Shown in pieces: positions 1-13,740 of a stretch of DNA of 64,000 nucleotides. The stretch is from positions 51,770,001 to 51,834,000 of the forward strand of contig OX597816.1 in the NCBI GenBank assembly GCA_951406725.2. The letters are read 5' to 3'. The DNA is from Octopus vulgaris (Eukaryota). How positions within the stretch are numbered: the stretch's first letter is position 1; each line of letters starts with the position of its first letter. The notes beneath the pieces were generated by a model. The model worked only from the letters and a program-made list of their open reading frames with translations, ran no database searches and was not told the DNA's origin. The translations under genes and the position numbers were made by a program.

Positions 1-248
1 TGAGTTTTATAGGATAGGCAGATTGCCATGTTTTATGGTGGCTTTTCGTGTTGCTGCAGGGGCTAGAGGGGGTTATCTTTAATTGTGGGAGTAAAAATTT
101 GAGGGATTTTGGAAAGGGGGGTAAAGAAGAAGGCAATAAAAAGAATCAAGCAAAGAAGACGAACAAAAGAAGAAAGGGAAAAGGTGACAACACACACAAA
201 ACAACACCACCGCCAAAAGCCGAGCGAAGCACGGGTCAGAATAGCTAG
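1..248 (+). mobile_element. 3' end of a Helitron-like element (5' part lies outside the window)
   Basis: GC hairpin CCGAGC-GAA-GCACGG (220-234), then CTAG (245-248) followed by T. Same terminal architecture as the complete Helitron at 48144-48537. Confidence 0.55.
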
Positions 249-1345
249 TCTATATATATAACGGAACAAGAACGTAACGGATGACAATGAAAGCATACGG
301 ACAGAAGGACGATACAAAGACGGACAGGAAAACTAGGACGGAACATTCGTGACTTTCAGTCCTTCAGTCAAGCTTCCAATAATCATTACAATTTCGACCT
401 GTTACACTTGAGACTGTTCAAAATTAGTAGGCCCCAAAAATCTAAGCTAAGAGCATTACATTTTTGGAAGAAAGCGAGCGAATATGTGCGACAACACGAG
501 CAGAAAAAAGTGAAAACGGAGAAAATGTTACACGATTACAAATACAAACAGCTACAATAATAACAGTTGTCTTTCGACTAAAAGGACAAGGTAAGTTAAG
601 CTGGCGTGTGAGGTGGAAGCCTTGTGGCAAAGAACATATATGAAAGACAGGAGAGAGGAAAATAAGGTGTTGAGCGAGCAGTGGTCAGGCCAAGAAAGAA
701 AGATAAAGCTTGGCCGAGCACCGATCACGTGGAAGGAAAAAAGAGAGGTAGGGAAAAGAAAGATTGAAGAATTTGGAAATGAACGAAAGAGAGAGGGGGA
801 CGGAGGGAAAGGTACAAGGGGGACAACAGAGGAATTTAGAGCGGTTAAAGAAAGAATACCTAGAAATGTGAAAGAGGGAGAGCAAGAAAAAGTAAAATGG
901 AAAGAAAGAGCATGTCAAGAAAGTGAGAGAGGGGAGCGAGAAGAAGAAAAGAAGAAAGAAAGAATAAGAAAGTCGTACAGAATTAGATATATATTTTCTT
1001 ACAAGCTGAGCTATATGTATATTCGAGGGTTGTATGAAAAGATTTGAGCGTATATAACAAAAGGTGTTTTCTATAACAAGATGTCTTAGTGTATATATGT
1101 TTCTGTGCGTCGCCATCAAATGATTTTGAAGAAAATATTCAACTGACCAGGATCCGATTTGCACTTTTTGACCGCTTAAAAATGTTTTGAGTAGGTTCCT
1201 ATGATAACTAAAACAAAAATGAATATATAGGCACACCGTTTAGGATATTTCCAAAACTAGGGAAATAAGTTTGATTGAATGGTTTATCGTCGCTCATGTA
1301 CTGAAGGAGTTTTGTTTTTATAAGTTAAACATATTTTGTTCTCAG

Positions 1346-1443
1346 AAAATGGCCGCCGCCTTCAGTGTGTTATGGTTATTACAACTGTTATTTGTACTGC
1401 TTTCTTGGCGTTGAAATTGTGTCTGTCGAGTTCTACAGTGATG
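1346..1443 (+). CDS. Candidate exon encoding a hydrophobic, TM-like segment (NGRRLQCVMVITTVICTAFLALKLCLSSSTVM)
   Basis: Acceptor ttttgttctcag, donor ATG|gtaagg, open frame (phase 1 to 0), unique non-repetitive sequence. No homology recognised. Confidence 0.35.
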
Positions 1444-1555
1444 GTAAGGTAGATGTATCTCAGGCTTGTAATTCTATTTCAGTTCACATACACAATGAGT
1501 GGTGTATACGCACACGCTAGCACACACTCACACACACACATATATATGTGTATAT

Positions 1556-1605
<50 letters not shown>

Positions 1606-2449
1606 GCGCACACAGATAATATATAAAGAGTTTACGTTAACTTGTTTGCTACTTTTGTAATCCGCCCGAAACTATTCGGTAGCCGCTAATCTTAGAAATG
1701 ATTTGAAGAGCTCATGTGAAGGCTCCTGACATCATCCAATGAGAAACAAATTCATTTGTGAAAGCACTGTGCTTCCCATTCGTCATCCGAAAGACAAACG
1801 TTCTTTTCAAGTCTAAGAGAAATGTTTGTACAATAATATATGTAAATGAAATAAGTAAACTACAAAATATACACCCGCATTGATATACACATATAAAAAT
1901 ATACATATGTTCATATTATATACATATAACTACATATGCATATGTATCATATATATACGTGTATGATATATATATGTGTGTGTGTCAATATACATATGTA
2001 TATATACACACACCCACATATATACATACATACATACATACACATATTCATATGTGAATGTTTGTTTATAGAACAGGAAGAGAAATATTGAAGCAGAAGC
2101 TGACTTGATTAAATGAACAACAAAATGTGCATCAGGGGAAATTCAGGAAAATTGAATGTATATCTTTTGGATTATTTCGAATTATATTTAACATCGAACT
2201 ACTTGTCTAGGAATAATATACGGATAAGATGCAGCAACATTAGAAAATTGGAATGAAGACGTCAATGTTTATATTCTTACTGAAAGGGATAGACATAGAT
2301 ATACACGGAGAAACTTGCACATGCGCACAGTTGCAGTAAGACGTAGCGAGGTTCTTCCAAAACCTCGTATACACATTTAAACACCGACGGTAAAATACGC
2401 AAATTTCATATATATTAATACATAACATTTATCTACGTATCTGTGTGTC

Positions 2450-2479
2450 TATTTATCTATCAGTCTATCTATCTATCAG

Positions 2480-2521
<42 letters not shown>

Positions 2522-2590
2522 CTTCTATCTATCTATCTATTTATCTATCCAGCTATCTCTATCTGTCAGTGTATCTATCTATCCATCCAT
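2450..2590. repeat. (TCTA)n microsatellite
   Basis: Direct inspection. Confidence 0.95.
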
Positions 2591-3544
2591 TTCTCTCTTT
2601 CTCTCTCACTCTCTCTATGTATATAAGTATGTATACATATATGCTTACACACACACACACACACACGCACACGCACACACGCACACATATATACGTATTT
2701 ATATATATATTCACATAACTATGTATATAAATATATATGCATATACATGTACTTTCTTCATAGGTTAACTAGGATACTGTTGGTTTCATGTTAAGTGATA
2801 TCTCTTAGCTATTATCAAACCTGTTCTATTGGATGCTGGTGTTCGTCTCCGTCTGAATAAAACATGATAAAATCACGAGAGGTTTTGGAGAAAAGAATAT
2901 TTATGTGAGGGGGTGCCTCCCTAATTATTACATCACTTGCATTAAATTTGATTTTATTGTGATAGGTACATACACTCATATATACACATATCTAATGGCT
3001 CACCCGACCCTGCCTATATCATACATTTTAGTAAGTGCCCTTTATTGTTTGCATTTGCAAATGTGTGCACCTGATTACGGAGTTTCACTTATTTATAGCA
3101 TATTCTGGCGTCAAACTTGGTGTATAGAGTATCTGTGAAATCATAAAATTGTATATTCAAAAGTTTATGGAATGGAGATTACAAATTGGGAATTGTTCAC
3201 ACATCATGTAAATATTTGCTTATTACAAAACGTCGTGCGATCTCAAGTGATTTCATTGCGGCTTCATCTCAGGTAGAGATGAACGACAAGGTCCCAAGCA
3301 ACAGCGCTTGATAAGTGTGAAGGCATATATCTCTGTTTGCATAAAACCAATAGTAGCCTAAGTAATTCATAAATAAAGAATGTTTATCCAATAAAGCCGT
3401 GTTGAGCACTCATTCATACTGTTCGATATCAACGTAAACAGATTATATATATATGTGTGTGTGTGTTGTATGAGTGTGTGTGTGAGTGTGTGTGTGTGTG
3501 TGTGTATGTATCTCTGCGCGCGATGTATTCTTTTATTTTTTAAT

Positions 3545-3928
3545 CTTTTTTTAATTGTTCCAGTAATTTGACTGTGACCATGCTGGAGCACCGCCTTTGG
3601 TCGAACAAATCGACACCAGTACGTATTCTTTGTAAACCTAGTACTTATTCTATCGGTCACGTTTGCCCAACCGCTACGTTACGGGGACATTAACATACCA
3701 GCATCGGATGTCAAGCGACATTGGGGAACAAAGACACACAAACATACACGCATATATTTATATACGACGGGCTTCTTTCAGTTTCCGTCTACCAAATCTC
3801 CTCACAAGGCTTTGGTCAGCCTGAGGCTATAGTCGAAGGCTCTTGCCCAAACCGCCACGCACTTGGACCGAACCCCAAACCATGTGTTTGGGAAGCAAGC
3901 TTCTTACCACACAGCCAGACCTGCACCC
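3545..3928 (-). mobile_element. SINE family A (tRNA-type head, internal microsatellite, CR1-like tail), diverged copy
   Basis: Colinear with the copies at 9357, 22515, 43628 and 48558; carries the GGCGGTGCTCCAGCATGG tail. Confidence 0.9.
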
Positions 3929-4360
3929 TATATATATATATATACACACACATATATATATATGTGTGTGTATGAGCGCGTGTGAGTGTGAGTACATATA
4001 TATTAAAAGTTGTGAGTAAATATACGTTTTTGTCAGTGATTTGTTATACAATATAAATGTTAGCTGTCAACAAGTTAAAAGCTCAATCATGTTATTGTAT
4101 TTATTGATCATTGATCAAGCAATATTTATGCTGGTGACGATAATCATTGTTATCATTATCAGTATTTATTGTTGCGTTTATTAGTGTTATTAAAATTAAC
4201 ACTAACACTTCCTCACTATATACGTATCGATGCATGTTTGTATACATACACACCACACAGGTATATATAAGTATATATATATACATACATATTTATATGA
4301 GTATATATATATGTGTGTGTGTGCGCATGTATGCGTTGTGTGGTTATATGTATACATATT

Positions 4361-4422
<62 letters not shown>

Positions 4423-4649
4423 CACATAAATATACACGAATATACATACAGACATATGTTTGTCTTAGCATGGTAAACTGTTAATAACATTATCAAATTA
4501 TGCTTATAAACACATTAGACGTTGTCGCTATTTGCTTTGAAAGATTCCTCGTCTTACGTTAGTGCAATGATAGCATGTACAACTCTAACAAAGACGACAA
4601 TAATCAAACCACTACCACGGCCGCTGCTGCAACTACTACTACTACAGGG

Positions 4650-4830
4650 TGGGGAGGGGACTAGTCAATAACATGGAGCCCGATGTTTCCCTGGTACTTA
4701 ATTTATCAACCCCGAAAGGATTAGAAGCAAAGTTGACCTCAGCGGAATTTGATTTTAGAACGTAAAAATTGAAGAAATGCAGCCAAGTATTTTTCCCGGT
4801 ATGTTAGTGATTCTGCCAGCTCGCCGCCTT
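4650..4830 (-). mobile_element. SINE family B (Deu/Nin-like central domain)
   Basis: Reverse complement matches 5442-5620 (GGCGGCGAGCTGGCAGAA...CTTTCGGGGTTGATAAATTAAGTACC). Confidence 0.8.
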
Positions 4831-4837
4831 AATAATA

Positions 4838-4905
4838 ATTACAAGATCTTGTGGGACTTTCCCATAGAGACTGAGCATACTATTGAGGCAAGAAGAGCAG
4901 ATAGC
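4838..4905 (+). mobile_element. Small R4/Dong-type restriction-like endonuclease fragment
   Basis: Translates KILWDFPIETEHTIEARRAD, matching the ILW..I.TD..I...RPD motif in the 26.5 and 29.2 kb copies; preceded by (AAT)3. Confidence 0.7.
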
Positions 4906-4926
4906 AGCGGCAGCAGCAGCAGTAGC

Positions 4927-4985
<59 letters not shown>

Positions 4986-5377
4986 CAGCATGGATCTGCA
5001 ACATGCTGAGCAAAGTTCAAAGGCAAAACACTAAACCTATGACGTTAGACTGTTAACGGTCATGAAATCGGGTGATTAGCAAAAATAATATAGATTGATT
5101 AGTGGTACATATCAATAAACAAAACTACACAAAAGTGTCACCAAAGTGAAGGACCATAACACAGGGCAATTCAATGCACTCCAGGTATAACCATCGATTA
5201 CCCTGACACAATGATAGCTACTGACTTCCACCAGATTTTCTTCTCGACTACGGCTGCGAATTTTCATTCTGCCCGTTCAACTGTCACGTCAATTTTGCCA
5301 TTCCCATTCAATTGAAATGCAATTTACTTCTCTTTAATAGCTGTTTGATAAATTAAATGAGGTCTTAGAATAGGGCA

Positions 5378-5938
5378 TGGAGGCGCATGGCTTAGGAATT
5401 AGAGTATTTGGCTTACGATGGTAAGGTCACGATTGTAAGATTGAAGGCGGTGAGCTGGCAGAAATGTTAGCACGCCGGGCGAAATGCTTAGCGATATTTC
5501 GTCTGTCGCTACGTTCTGAGTTCACATTCCGCTGAGGTCGACTTAGCCTTTCATCCTTTCGGGGTCGATAAATTAAGTACCAGTTACGCACTGGGGTCGA
5601 TATAATCGACTTAATCCGTCTGTCTGTCCTTGTTTGTCTCCTCTGTGTTTGGCCCCTTGTGGGTAGTAAAGAAATAGATTGTAAGATCGTGAGTTCGATT
5701 GCGGCAGCGCATTGCGTCACTTTATTTCACGTTGCTCAAGGCCACTCAGCTGGCAAAATTGAATACTATTTCAAATGGCCAACCATGTCAGACTCTGTGT
5801 TACGTTGAATCTCCCTGAGAACTACGTTATGGGTACATGTGTCTGTGGAGTGCTCATCCACATGCACGCTATATTTCACAAATAGGCCGTTTCATTGATC
5901 GGATCAACTGGAACCCTCGTCGTAACTGACGGAGTGCA
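5378..5938 (+). mobile_element. SINE family C (tRNA-derived), interrupted by a family-B SINE
   Basis: Head GGAGGCGCATGGCTTAG with B-box-like GAGTTCGATT resumes after the insert; body matches the reverse complement of 58084-58402. Confidence 0.85.
5442..5676 (+). mobile_element. SINE family B, full-length, with 11-bp target-site duplication
   Basis: GATTGTAAGAT at 5431-5441 and 5677-5687; central GCCTTTCATCCTTTCGGGGTCGATAAATTAAGTACC resembles the Deu/Nin SINE domain. Confidence 0.9.
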
Positions 5939-6091
5939 CTAATCTCAGTCCACTAGAAATCTTAATTCATAATAAGCAACAGAGGAACACCACTCTCTGC
6001 CAGGAGGAAGCAGTTAATTGCTTTTTAGTATTAAACCAAGATCCGGAATTCTACCAATGGCGATAAACATTTGTTCTACATAAACCTACAG

Positions 6092-6304
6092 GCCAACAAT
6101 ATACAGTTATTCAACGATAGCATGTTTTCGATATTCCATACACATCTTAGACATAATAGTAACTGGGGCTTTCAATTCCGTTATGACTACGCTATTTATC
6201 TCAAGCAAGCAAAGAAAAATGAGAATGGCAAAACCGATGTTGACGATGAGGATATAAATAAAAATAACAAAGTTATCAACATTTCCCCCACTACTTATAA
6301 TCTG
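6092..6304 (+). CDS. Candidate exon (ANNIQLFNDSMFSIFHTH...INISPTTYNL)
   Basis: Acceptor cctacag, 213 nt open and phase-compatible with 1346-1443, donor gttagg. A stronger donor AAG|gtgagt at 6345 suggests an alternative exon (6310-6345). Confidence 0.3.
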
Positions 6305-6609
6305 GTTAGGTATCGATTCTGTACTTTACTATAAAAGTATCAAAGGTGAGTACATTATCTATCAATTTGGTATTTTTGTGTGAATGTTAAATGGCCAACA
6401 ACCAAATCAATAGAAAGAATTTTATTAACTAGATTATGCCAAAGAATATACATACAGCCATGAAGAAAAATATGGAAAAAGAAAGCGATTTTCAACAAAA
6501 TACAAATGTAATTCTACTATAAGATTTCAAAATAAGCAGCGAAAGAGTAAGATAAAATAGAGAATAGAAAATAGTATATAAACAAGTACCGTTATTACAC
6601 ATACACACT

Positions 6610-6640
<31 letters not shown>

Positions 6641-6647
6641 CACCACA

Positions 6648-6691
<44 letters not shown>

Positions 6692-6747
6692 GCGTGTGTG
6701 CATACACATACTTATATATGTAGATATATGTACATTCATATAACTAT

Positions 6748-6935
6748 AGTTAATCCAAACATGAACAAAGAGAAAACACAACAACGCGGGGACGTGGAAT
6801 AAGTATAGTGTAATTGCACTTTAGCAAAGGAAAGAAAGAAAGAAGGGGGATTTAACGTTTCGAGCGGAGCTCTTCATCAGAAACATAGAAAAAGGAAAAT
6901 CGCCAACTATACACACGCGGTCACATATTGAAAAT
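6748..6935 (-). mobile_element. Short Penelope-like terminal-repeat element, family H1
   Basis: Homologous to 8173-8292, 9102-9220 and 42062-42255; near (TA)n; contains a hammerhead motif. Confidence 0.7.
6850..6884 (-). ncRNA. Minimal type-I hammerhead ribozyme, intact core
   Basis: Minus strand reads GUUU-CUGAUGA-A-GAGC(UCC)GCUC-GAAA-CG-UU-AAAU: short stem I, conserved core, stem II, loopless palindromic stem III (ACGU). Confidence 0.8.
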
Positions 6936-6976
6936 CAATAACTATAATAAAATCATATAACTATGGATATACTAGC

Positions 6977-7038
<62 letters not shown>

Positions 7039-7406
7039 AGGGGGATATCTATAGGCTTTAGATATGTACATATACATATGTGTATGCATATTTATTTAAA
7101 TAGATAGTTAGATAGACAGATAGTTAGATAGATAGATATATATAGATAGATAGATAGATAGATAGACAGAAAAACAGCTAGATTTATGTACATATGCATA
7201 TCTTCACACACATGCACACATATCTGTTCTTGCTTAACAATTCAGAGAAGGAGTACTAAGGGGAAAGGCAGAGTGCAGTAATCATATTTAAGCCTCTCCA
7301 CTGGCGTGCTTCCATTTCTTTAGACAAGTCAAACTGGGACCTAGTTTTAGGCACACAATCCCATACGCACATAAATATGCCTAAGTATATATATGTATCG
7401 ATACAC

Positions 7407-7477
<71 letters not shown>

Positions 7478-8172
7478 TGTAACGGAACAATTTGGTTCCT
7501 GAAAATTTTGCCATGTCTTGAAGTTCTACGATGCTCAAAATTTTCTTCTTCATCACGAGTGAAGATCTAATGAATTAAGCATACAGAGCAAAGCATATGT
7601 TCATCTGCTGTGAATCAATTTAAATTGGCAGAGGACTTTATTTTATTTTGAGCCTCTACACTTATCTTGTATATTCATATTTATTTAGGAAGGAAAGCAA
7701 ATCATGATTCTGAGTCTGGTAGAATAGAGGAAATCTGAGTGTGGTAGGAGAGAGGAGAAAATACATCCGTGTATCGGAGTCCCAGCACCAATGATTTGAA
7801 GAGAGCAGAATTTACTAAATGTGACTAGGGTGCTAAACGGCGGTGCTCAAATGGTCGGTGGCACAAGCCTCCCATCTAAGTTGGGTATGGTGAGATTTGA
7901 ACTGCGAATGCAAACAGCCGAGAGAAATAATGAAAGACATCAATTTCGAAATAGACTTCTACTATTCTGCAGTCCGAACCAGCTCACTTCTAGGCATTAA
8001 AATATATGTGCATGTATCTATATATCTATTTGTATACTTGCCTGTCTGTTCCTTCTACCTATCTATCTATCTCTCTCGACATCTATTTAGACATTTATCT
8101 ATTTATCTGCCTGTTTACTTAGATGTGTATCAGTCTATATTTCTGCTAACATATGATATATATATATATATA

Positions 8173-8292
8173 AAGTTAATCTAAACATGAAAACACAAAG
8201 AGAAAACACAACGCGAGGACATGGAACAAATATAGTATTATTGGAGGCTCAGGAAGGAAGGAAAGAAGGAGGGTTTAACGTTTCGAGCGGAG
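8173..8292 (-). mobile_element. H1 copy truncated within hammerhead stem II
   Basis: Matches 6748-6869 and stops after TTTCGAGCGGAG, so it lacks CUGAUGA. Confidence 0.75.
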
Positions 8293-8462
8293 AATTATAT
8301 ATATATGTGTGTGTCGTGCGTCTGTGGGTGTGGTGTATACACACATACACTCCTCTCTACTTACACACACACACATATATATATATACACTAACACACAC
8401 ACGTATTTATACATAAATGTAAGTTCACACGAAGTACACACAAAACACATACATCTTCCGCC

Positions 8463-8498
<36 letters not shown>

Positions 8499-9038
8499 AT
8501 ACATATATGTTTGCGCACGTATGTATGTACGTATATGTGTGTATGCGTATGTCTGTTTGTATGACCGATTAACTGCAATGCCTTCAGTGTATCCAAGAGA
8601 AGAAACAGTGAGTAACCGATAATTGAAATAGTGTATCAAAATATTTATAAAACTGAAATTTGTGTTTTGTAATTTTAAGTCTCACATCTCTGATTGTCAA
8701 AGAAAATCTAGACAATGATTATGGAAACCGCAAAAAATTATATGTAGAGACATTTTGAAAAAAAAAACAAGGAGAAAAATAATTTCATTGGTTATATGTG
8801 TAAAATATATTCTAATAGATAAAAATATTTGTCTTTGTGACAAAAAGAAATATTTGTTTGTGTATAAAATAAATCAATAAATATAATAGCTATGCAATTC
8901 GATCCTATTGAAGGAGTATATTGCGGACTATTCACGGAATGTTATTCACACTTAAATTCTACACTGACAGACAAAGAAATCAAACCCAAAAGCTGACTTA
9001 TATACATACTTACATACATACAGACATATCTATCTATT

Positions 9039-9074
<36 letters not shown>

Positions 9075-9101
9075 AATATATATATATACATATATATATA
9101 T

Positions 9102-9351
<250 letters not shown>

Positions 9352-9356
9352 TATAT

Positions 9357-9767
9357 AGCGCTGGAGTGGCTGTGTGGTAAGTAGCTTGTTTACCAACCGC
9401 ATGGTTCCGGGTTCAGTTCCACTGCGTGGCACCTTGGGCAAGTGTCTTCTACTATAGCCTCGGCCGACCAAAGCCGTGTGAGTGGATTTGGTAGACGGAA
9501 ACTGAAAGAAGCCTGTCGTATATATGTATATATATGTATCTGTGTGTTTGTGTGTCTGTGTTTGTCCCCCTAGCATTGCTTGACAACCGATGCTGGTGTG
9601 TTTACGTCCCCGTTACTTAGCGGTTCGGCCAAAGAGACCGATAAAATAACTACTGGGCTTACAAAGAATAAGTCCCGGGGTCGATTTGCTCAACTAAAGG
9701 CGGTGCTCCAGCATGGCCGCAGTCAAATGACTGAAACAAGTAAAAGAGTAAAAGAGAGAAAAAGAGT
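9357..9767 (+). mobile_element. SINE family A, full-length
   Basis: A-box-like TGGCTGTGTGG, B-box-like GGTTCAGTTCC, 3' tail GGCGGTGCTCCAGCATGGCCGCAGTCAAATGACTGAAAC plus (AAAAGAGT)n. Confidence 0.95.
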
Positions 9768-9771
9768 ATAT

Positions 9772-9841
<70 letters not shown>

Positions 9842-10289
9842 TATATATATAGATATGTCGATATAGATATATACACACATATATATTCATATATAAGAGA
9901 TAATGGTGTCATTGAGACCCAAAGGTGTCAGATAAGTGCTAGAGAGAGACCATAGTTAAATTCCAGGTTCGGTAATTTTGCGAATAAAGGGTTCAACTTT
10001 AGTTCTATGTCAGCGTATGTATATAAGAAGTTTTGGCGCCATGAGATAAAAAAAATGTCAAGGCTGTGTAGATATTAGAACATTTATAAATGTTCTAATA
10101 TTTACACAGCCTTGAGTTTTTTTATCTCATTACGCAAAAAATTCTTGTATACTCATATATATATATATACACTAATATACATACATATATATATATACAT
10201 ATATAAACATACGTATATATATGAATATACAAGCGTAAACACACAGGGTTATAATACACACGCACATGCACACGCACACATACACATAT

Positions 10290-10530
10290 TTGAGGGCGCA
10301 TTTCCTGGTAGTTAGACTATGGCACTCATGATCGCGAGATTGTAGTGTCAATTCCGAGACTAGACAAAGCATTTAATCTGACGTTGCTCTGCGATAACTT
10401 CCACATCTGACGCGCGCTGCAACGTGCACATGTTTAGACATCGTCGATTTGATGGCGAGAGTGAGCTACTGGTCACTATAAACATTTGCTCGCTATAAAC
10501 AAATAATTTGCACAGGTCGTACGGCAAAAG
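10290..10530 (+). mobile_element. Degenerate tRNA-derived SINE (family C-like)
   Basis: GAGGGCGCAT...GTAGTTAG head, decayed B box, CACGTTGCTC-like body. Confidence 0.55.
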
Positions 10531-10679
10531 CTGAATGCTCATATATATAAATATGTATATATACAAATACATGTATACACACACATACACATTTACATAT
10601 ATGTGTGTGTGTATGTGTATGTGTGTGTGTGTGTGTATGTGTGTGTGTGTGTGAGTGTGTGTGTGTGTGTGTGAATGTG

Positions 10680-10846
10680 TGGATTAGTGGTTAGGGTGTC
10701 AGCAACATGATCGTAAGATTGTGGTTTCGATTCCTGGACCCGGCGACGCTTTGTGTTCTTGAGCAAAACACTTCATTTCACGTTGCTCCAGTCCTCTCAG
10801 CTGGCAAAAATGATTAACACCGCGATATACTGGCATCCCATCCAGC
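10680..10846 (+). mobile_element. SINE family C, 5' part
   Basis: TAGTGGTTAGGG...GGTTTCGATTCC...TTGAGCAAAACACTTCATTTCACGTTGCTCCAG. Confidence 0.8.
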
Positions 10847-10847
10847 T

Positions 10848-11148
10848 TGTGGAGGCGCAATTGCCCAGTGGTTAGGGCAGCGGACTCGCAGTTGGAGGAT
10901 CGCGGTTTCGATTCCCAGTCCGGGCGTTGTGTGTGTTTATTGGGCGAAAATACCTAAAGCTCCTCGTGACTCATGCAGGCGGTGGTGGTGACCCCTGTTG
11001 TACTCTTTCTCCCCAACTTTCTCCCACTCTTTCTGTTTCTTGAGTAACGCTGCGATGGACTGACCAGCTGTGGGGAGCACATACGCCACAGAAACCGGGA
11101 AACCAGGCCCATGAGCCTGGCTAGGCTTGAAAGGGGCACAAAAAGAAA
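10848..11148 (+). mobile_element. tRNA-derived SINE with a distinct body
   Basis: GGAGGCGCAATTGCCCAGTGGTTAGGGCAGCGGACTCGC...GGTTTCGATTCCC tRNA-like head followed by a non-tRNA body. Confidence 0.75.
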
Positions 11149-11373
11149 TATATATATATAGGCAAGAGAATAAATTTTAAGTGTTGGAGGTGGTTAGTAA
11201 CTTGACGTTAAACTTCAACCTATATGCAATGCTTTTGGCCATAGAGAAGGCATCTTTTCTGTCTGGAATCTAGTTGCACAAAAATATACGGGCACAATTA
11301 TATAATCATAGTTATGTATATGTATTTATGTATGTTTTTATGTAAATATATATTTGTGTGTGGGGGGGTGGGG

Positions 11374-12170
11374 TGGAATTGAAATCCCTGAATCAAAATC
11401 AGTGCAAGACCTGAGCATTGACATGAGCAATGTGGCATCTTTCCGAGTGCATATAACCAATTTGGTAATAAATTGCAGCCGGGTTGCTGGTTTCTCCGAA
11501 CTTTTAAAACAAGAGAAAAGGAGACATCGATGAACCTTTTGAGGACATACATTCTCAGCCGCTTAGACTATTGCTCCCAACTTTGATAACTACCCAATAA
11601 AAAATCCACGACGGAACTCGAAGCAATCCAACGAAGCTACACTAAGAAAATCGTCGCGATGCAACATGTCAGCTACTGGGAAAGACTGAACGGATTAAAA
11701 CCCTTCTCTCTGGAACGAAAGTGGGGGGGGGTGCAGTGATATACACCTGGAAAATCCTAGAGTGCCTTGTATCACACTGTGGCATTGAAAGTTACTCAAA
11801 CTGCAGAACAGGGCGCCACCACATAGTGCCAAAGATCCCAGCATCGCCATCAAAATACAGGACAAGATACTGCAACAGCTTGGACTTCAATGGGCCACAG
11901 CTCTTTAATATCCTTCCGAAATGCTTGAGTGACCTGCATGGTGTGGATGTAAGTGCTTTTAAAACAAAATTGGATATTTTCCTGGTGCAGGTTCTAGATG
12001 AGCCTACCTCTCGGCAGGAAGCATAGATGAGGGCGGCAGCATCAAACACCCTCAATGCCACCTATCAGTGGAGGTTCCAAATAATGGTGTTACTCAGTCG
12101 ACGGTGGTGCTCCAGCATGACTACAGCTTTGCAGCTGAAACATTTTAAAATAGTAAAATAGTAAAATAGT
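11374..12170 (+). mobile_element. 5'-truncated CR1-like LINE (C-terminal ORF2 plus 3' UTR and tail)
   Basis: Decayed translation ..SVQDL..FLRTFKTR..RLDYCSQL..LEAIQRSYTKKI..SYWERL..IYTWKILE..GPQLFNILP..FKTKLDIFL; ends in (AAAATAGT)3. Confidence 0.88.
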
Positions 12171-12189
12171 ATATATCTATATACACATT

Positions 12190-12225
<36 letters not shown>

Positions 12226-12494
12226 GTGTGTATGTGTGTGTGTGTGTGTGTGCGTGTGTGTGTGTATGTATTTGTATGTTAATGTGCTTATTCTGTTTTG
12301 TGTGCACATAATAAAATGGAGAAGAAAAACGGCATAATTATAAACAGGCAAATAGACAAACATTAAGGTAGACAATTTGCCCAAAAGTACTACGAAAATA
12401 ATATATAAACGGACACAAATAGCTTTGAAAGTAGAAAAAGTAGAACACGCATACAACTAATCACATTTATATATTATAGATACGTATATAAATA

Positions 12495-13198
<704 letters not shown>

Positions 13199-13597
13199 TT
13201 AGACATGTGTGTGTGTGAGTGTGCCCACGCGTGTGTACATACCTACTTACAATCATACACATTATTGTACTTAGACAAAGTGCTAGGTCGAATGTATAGC
13301 GAAAGGTAGAGATATGAAGGAAGAATACGAAGTAGGAGACAGACCGCGATTTCTCATACTGTTATTTTTAGTATAATTATTTGACAATATATTGACAGAG
13401 GAGCTAACCTCTACCTAATTGGCTATAGAATGGAAATAAATAGCAGTATCCGCATGCAAAGTATTTAAATAGACATTGATTTCTTTCGTTCAGAATAACG
13501 TTCCTAAAATTTACTTGATAACGTTGAAGTGAATCTGTGTATGAAGATTTATGGTTTACTTTGAATGATTAAGCGCTGAGTGATCTTGACCCTTTAG

Positions 13598-13740
13598 CAA
13601 TCCGAGAAGTATTATTTTGTGTCCAATTATACCTGGTGGAAATACATTTGTCTGAGATACAACAACATTGTGAACGCATCAAGCTTGTACATGAACTTGA
13701 TATCCGAATGTTCATGATGATGATATTAATTATAGTTGAT
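13598..13740 (+). CDS. Weak candidate exon (IREVLFCVQ...RMFMMMILIIVD, or QSEKYYFVSNYTWWKYIC...* in another frame)
   Basis: Acceptor cctttag; lies in a 120-codon non-repetitive ORF; frame and donor are ambiguous. Confidence 0.2.

Noticed and set aside
260-640. Possible hammerhead on the minus strand (CTGAAGGACTGAAAGTC; GGTCGAAATTG)
   Set aside because: Core elements are not in a valid order or spacing. Probably an interspersed repeat, but there is no second copy here to support it.
613-1236. 144-aa and 183-aa overlapping ORFs
   Set aside because: Low-complexity purine-rich tract; no domain or splice support.
10848-10925. tRNA gene
   Set aside because: tRNA-like head without a proper acceptor stem, continuing into a SINE body. 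The same applies to the other SINE heads.
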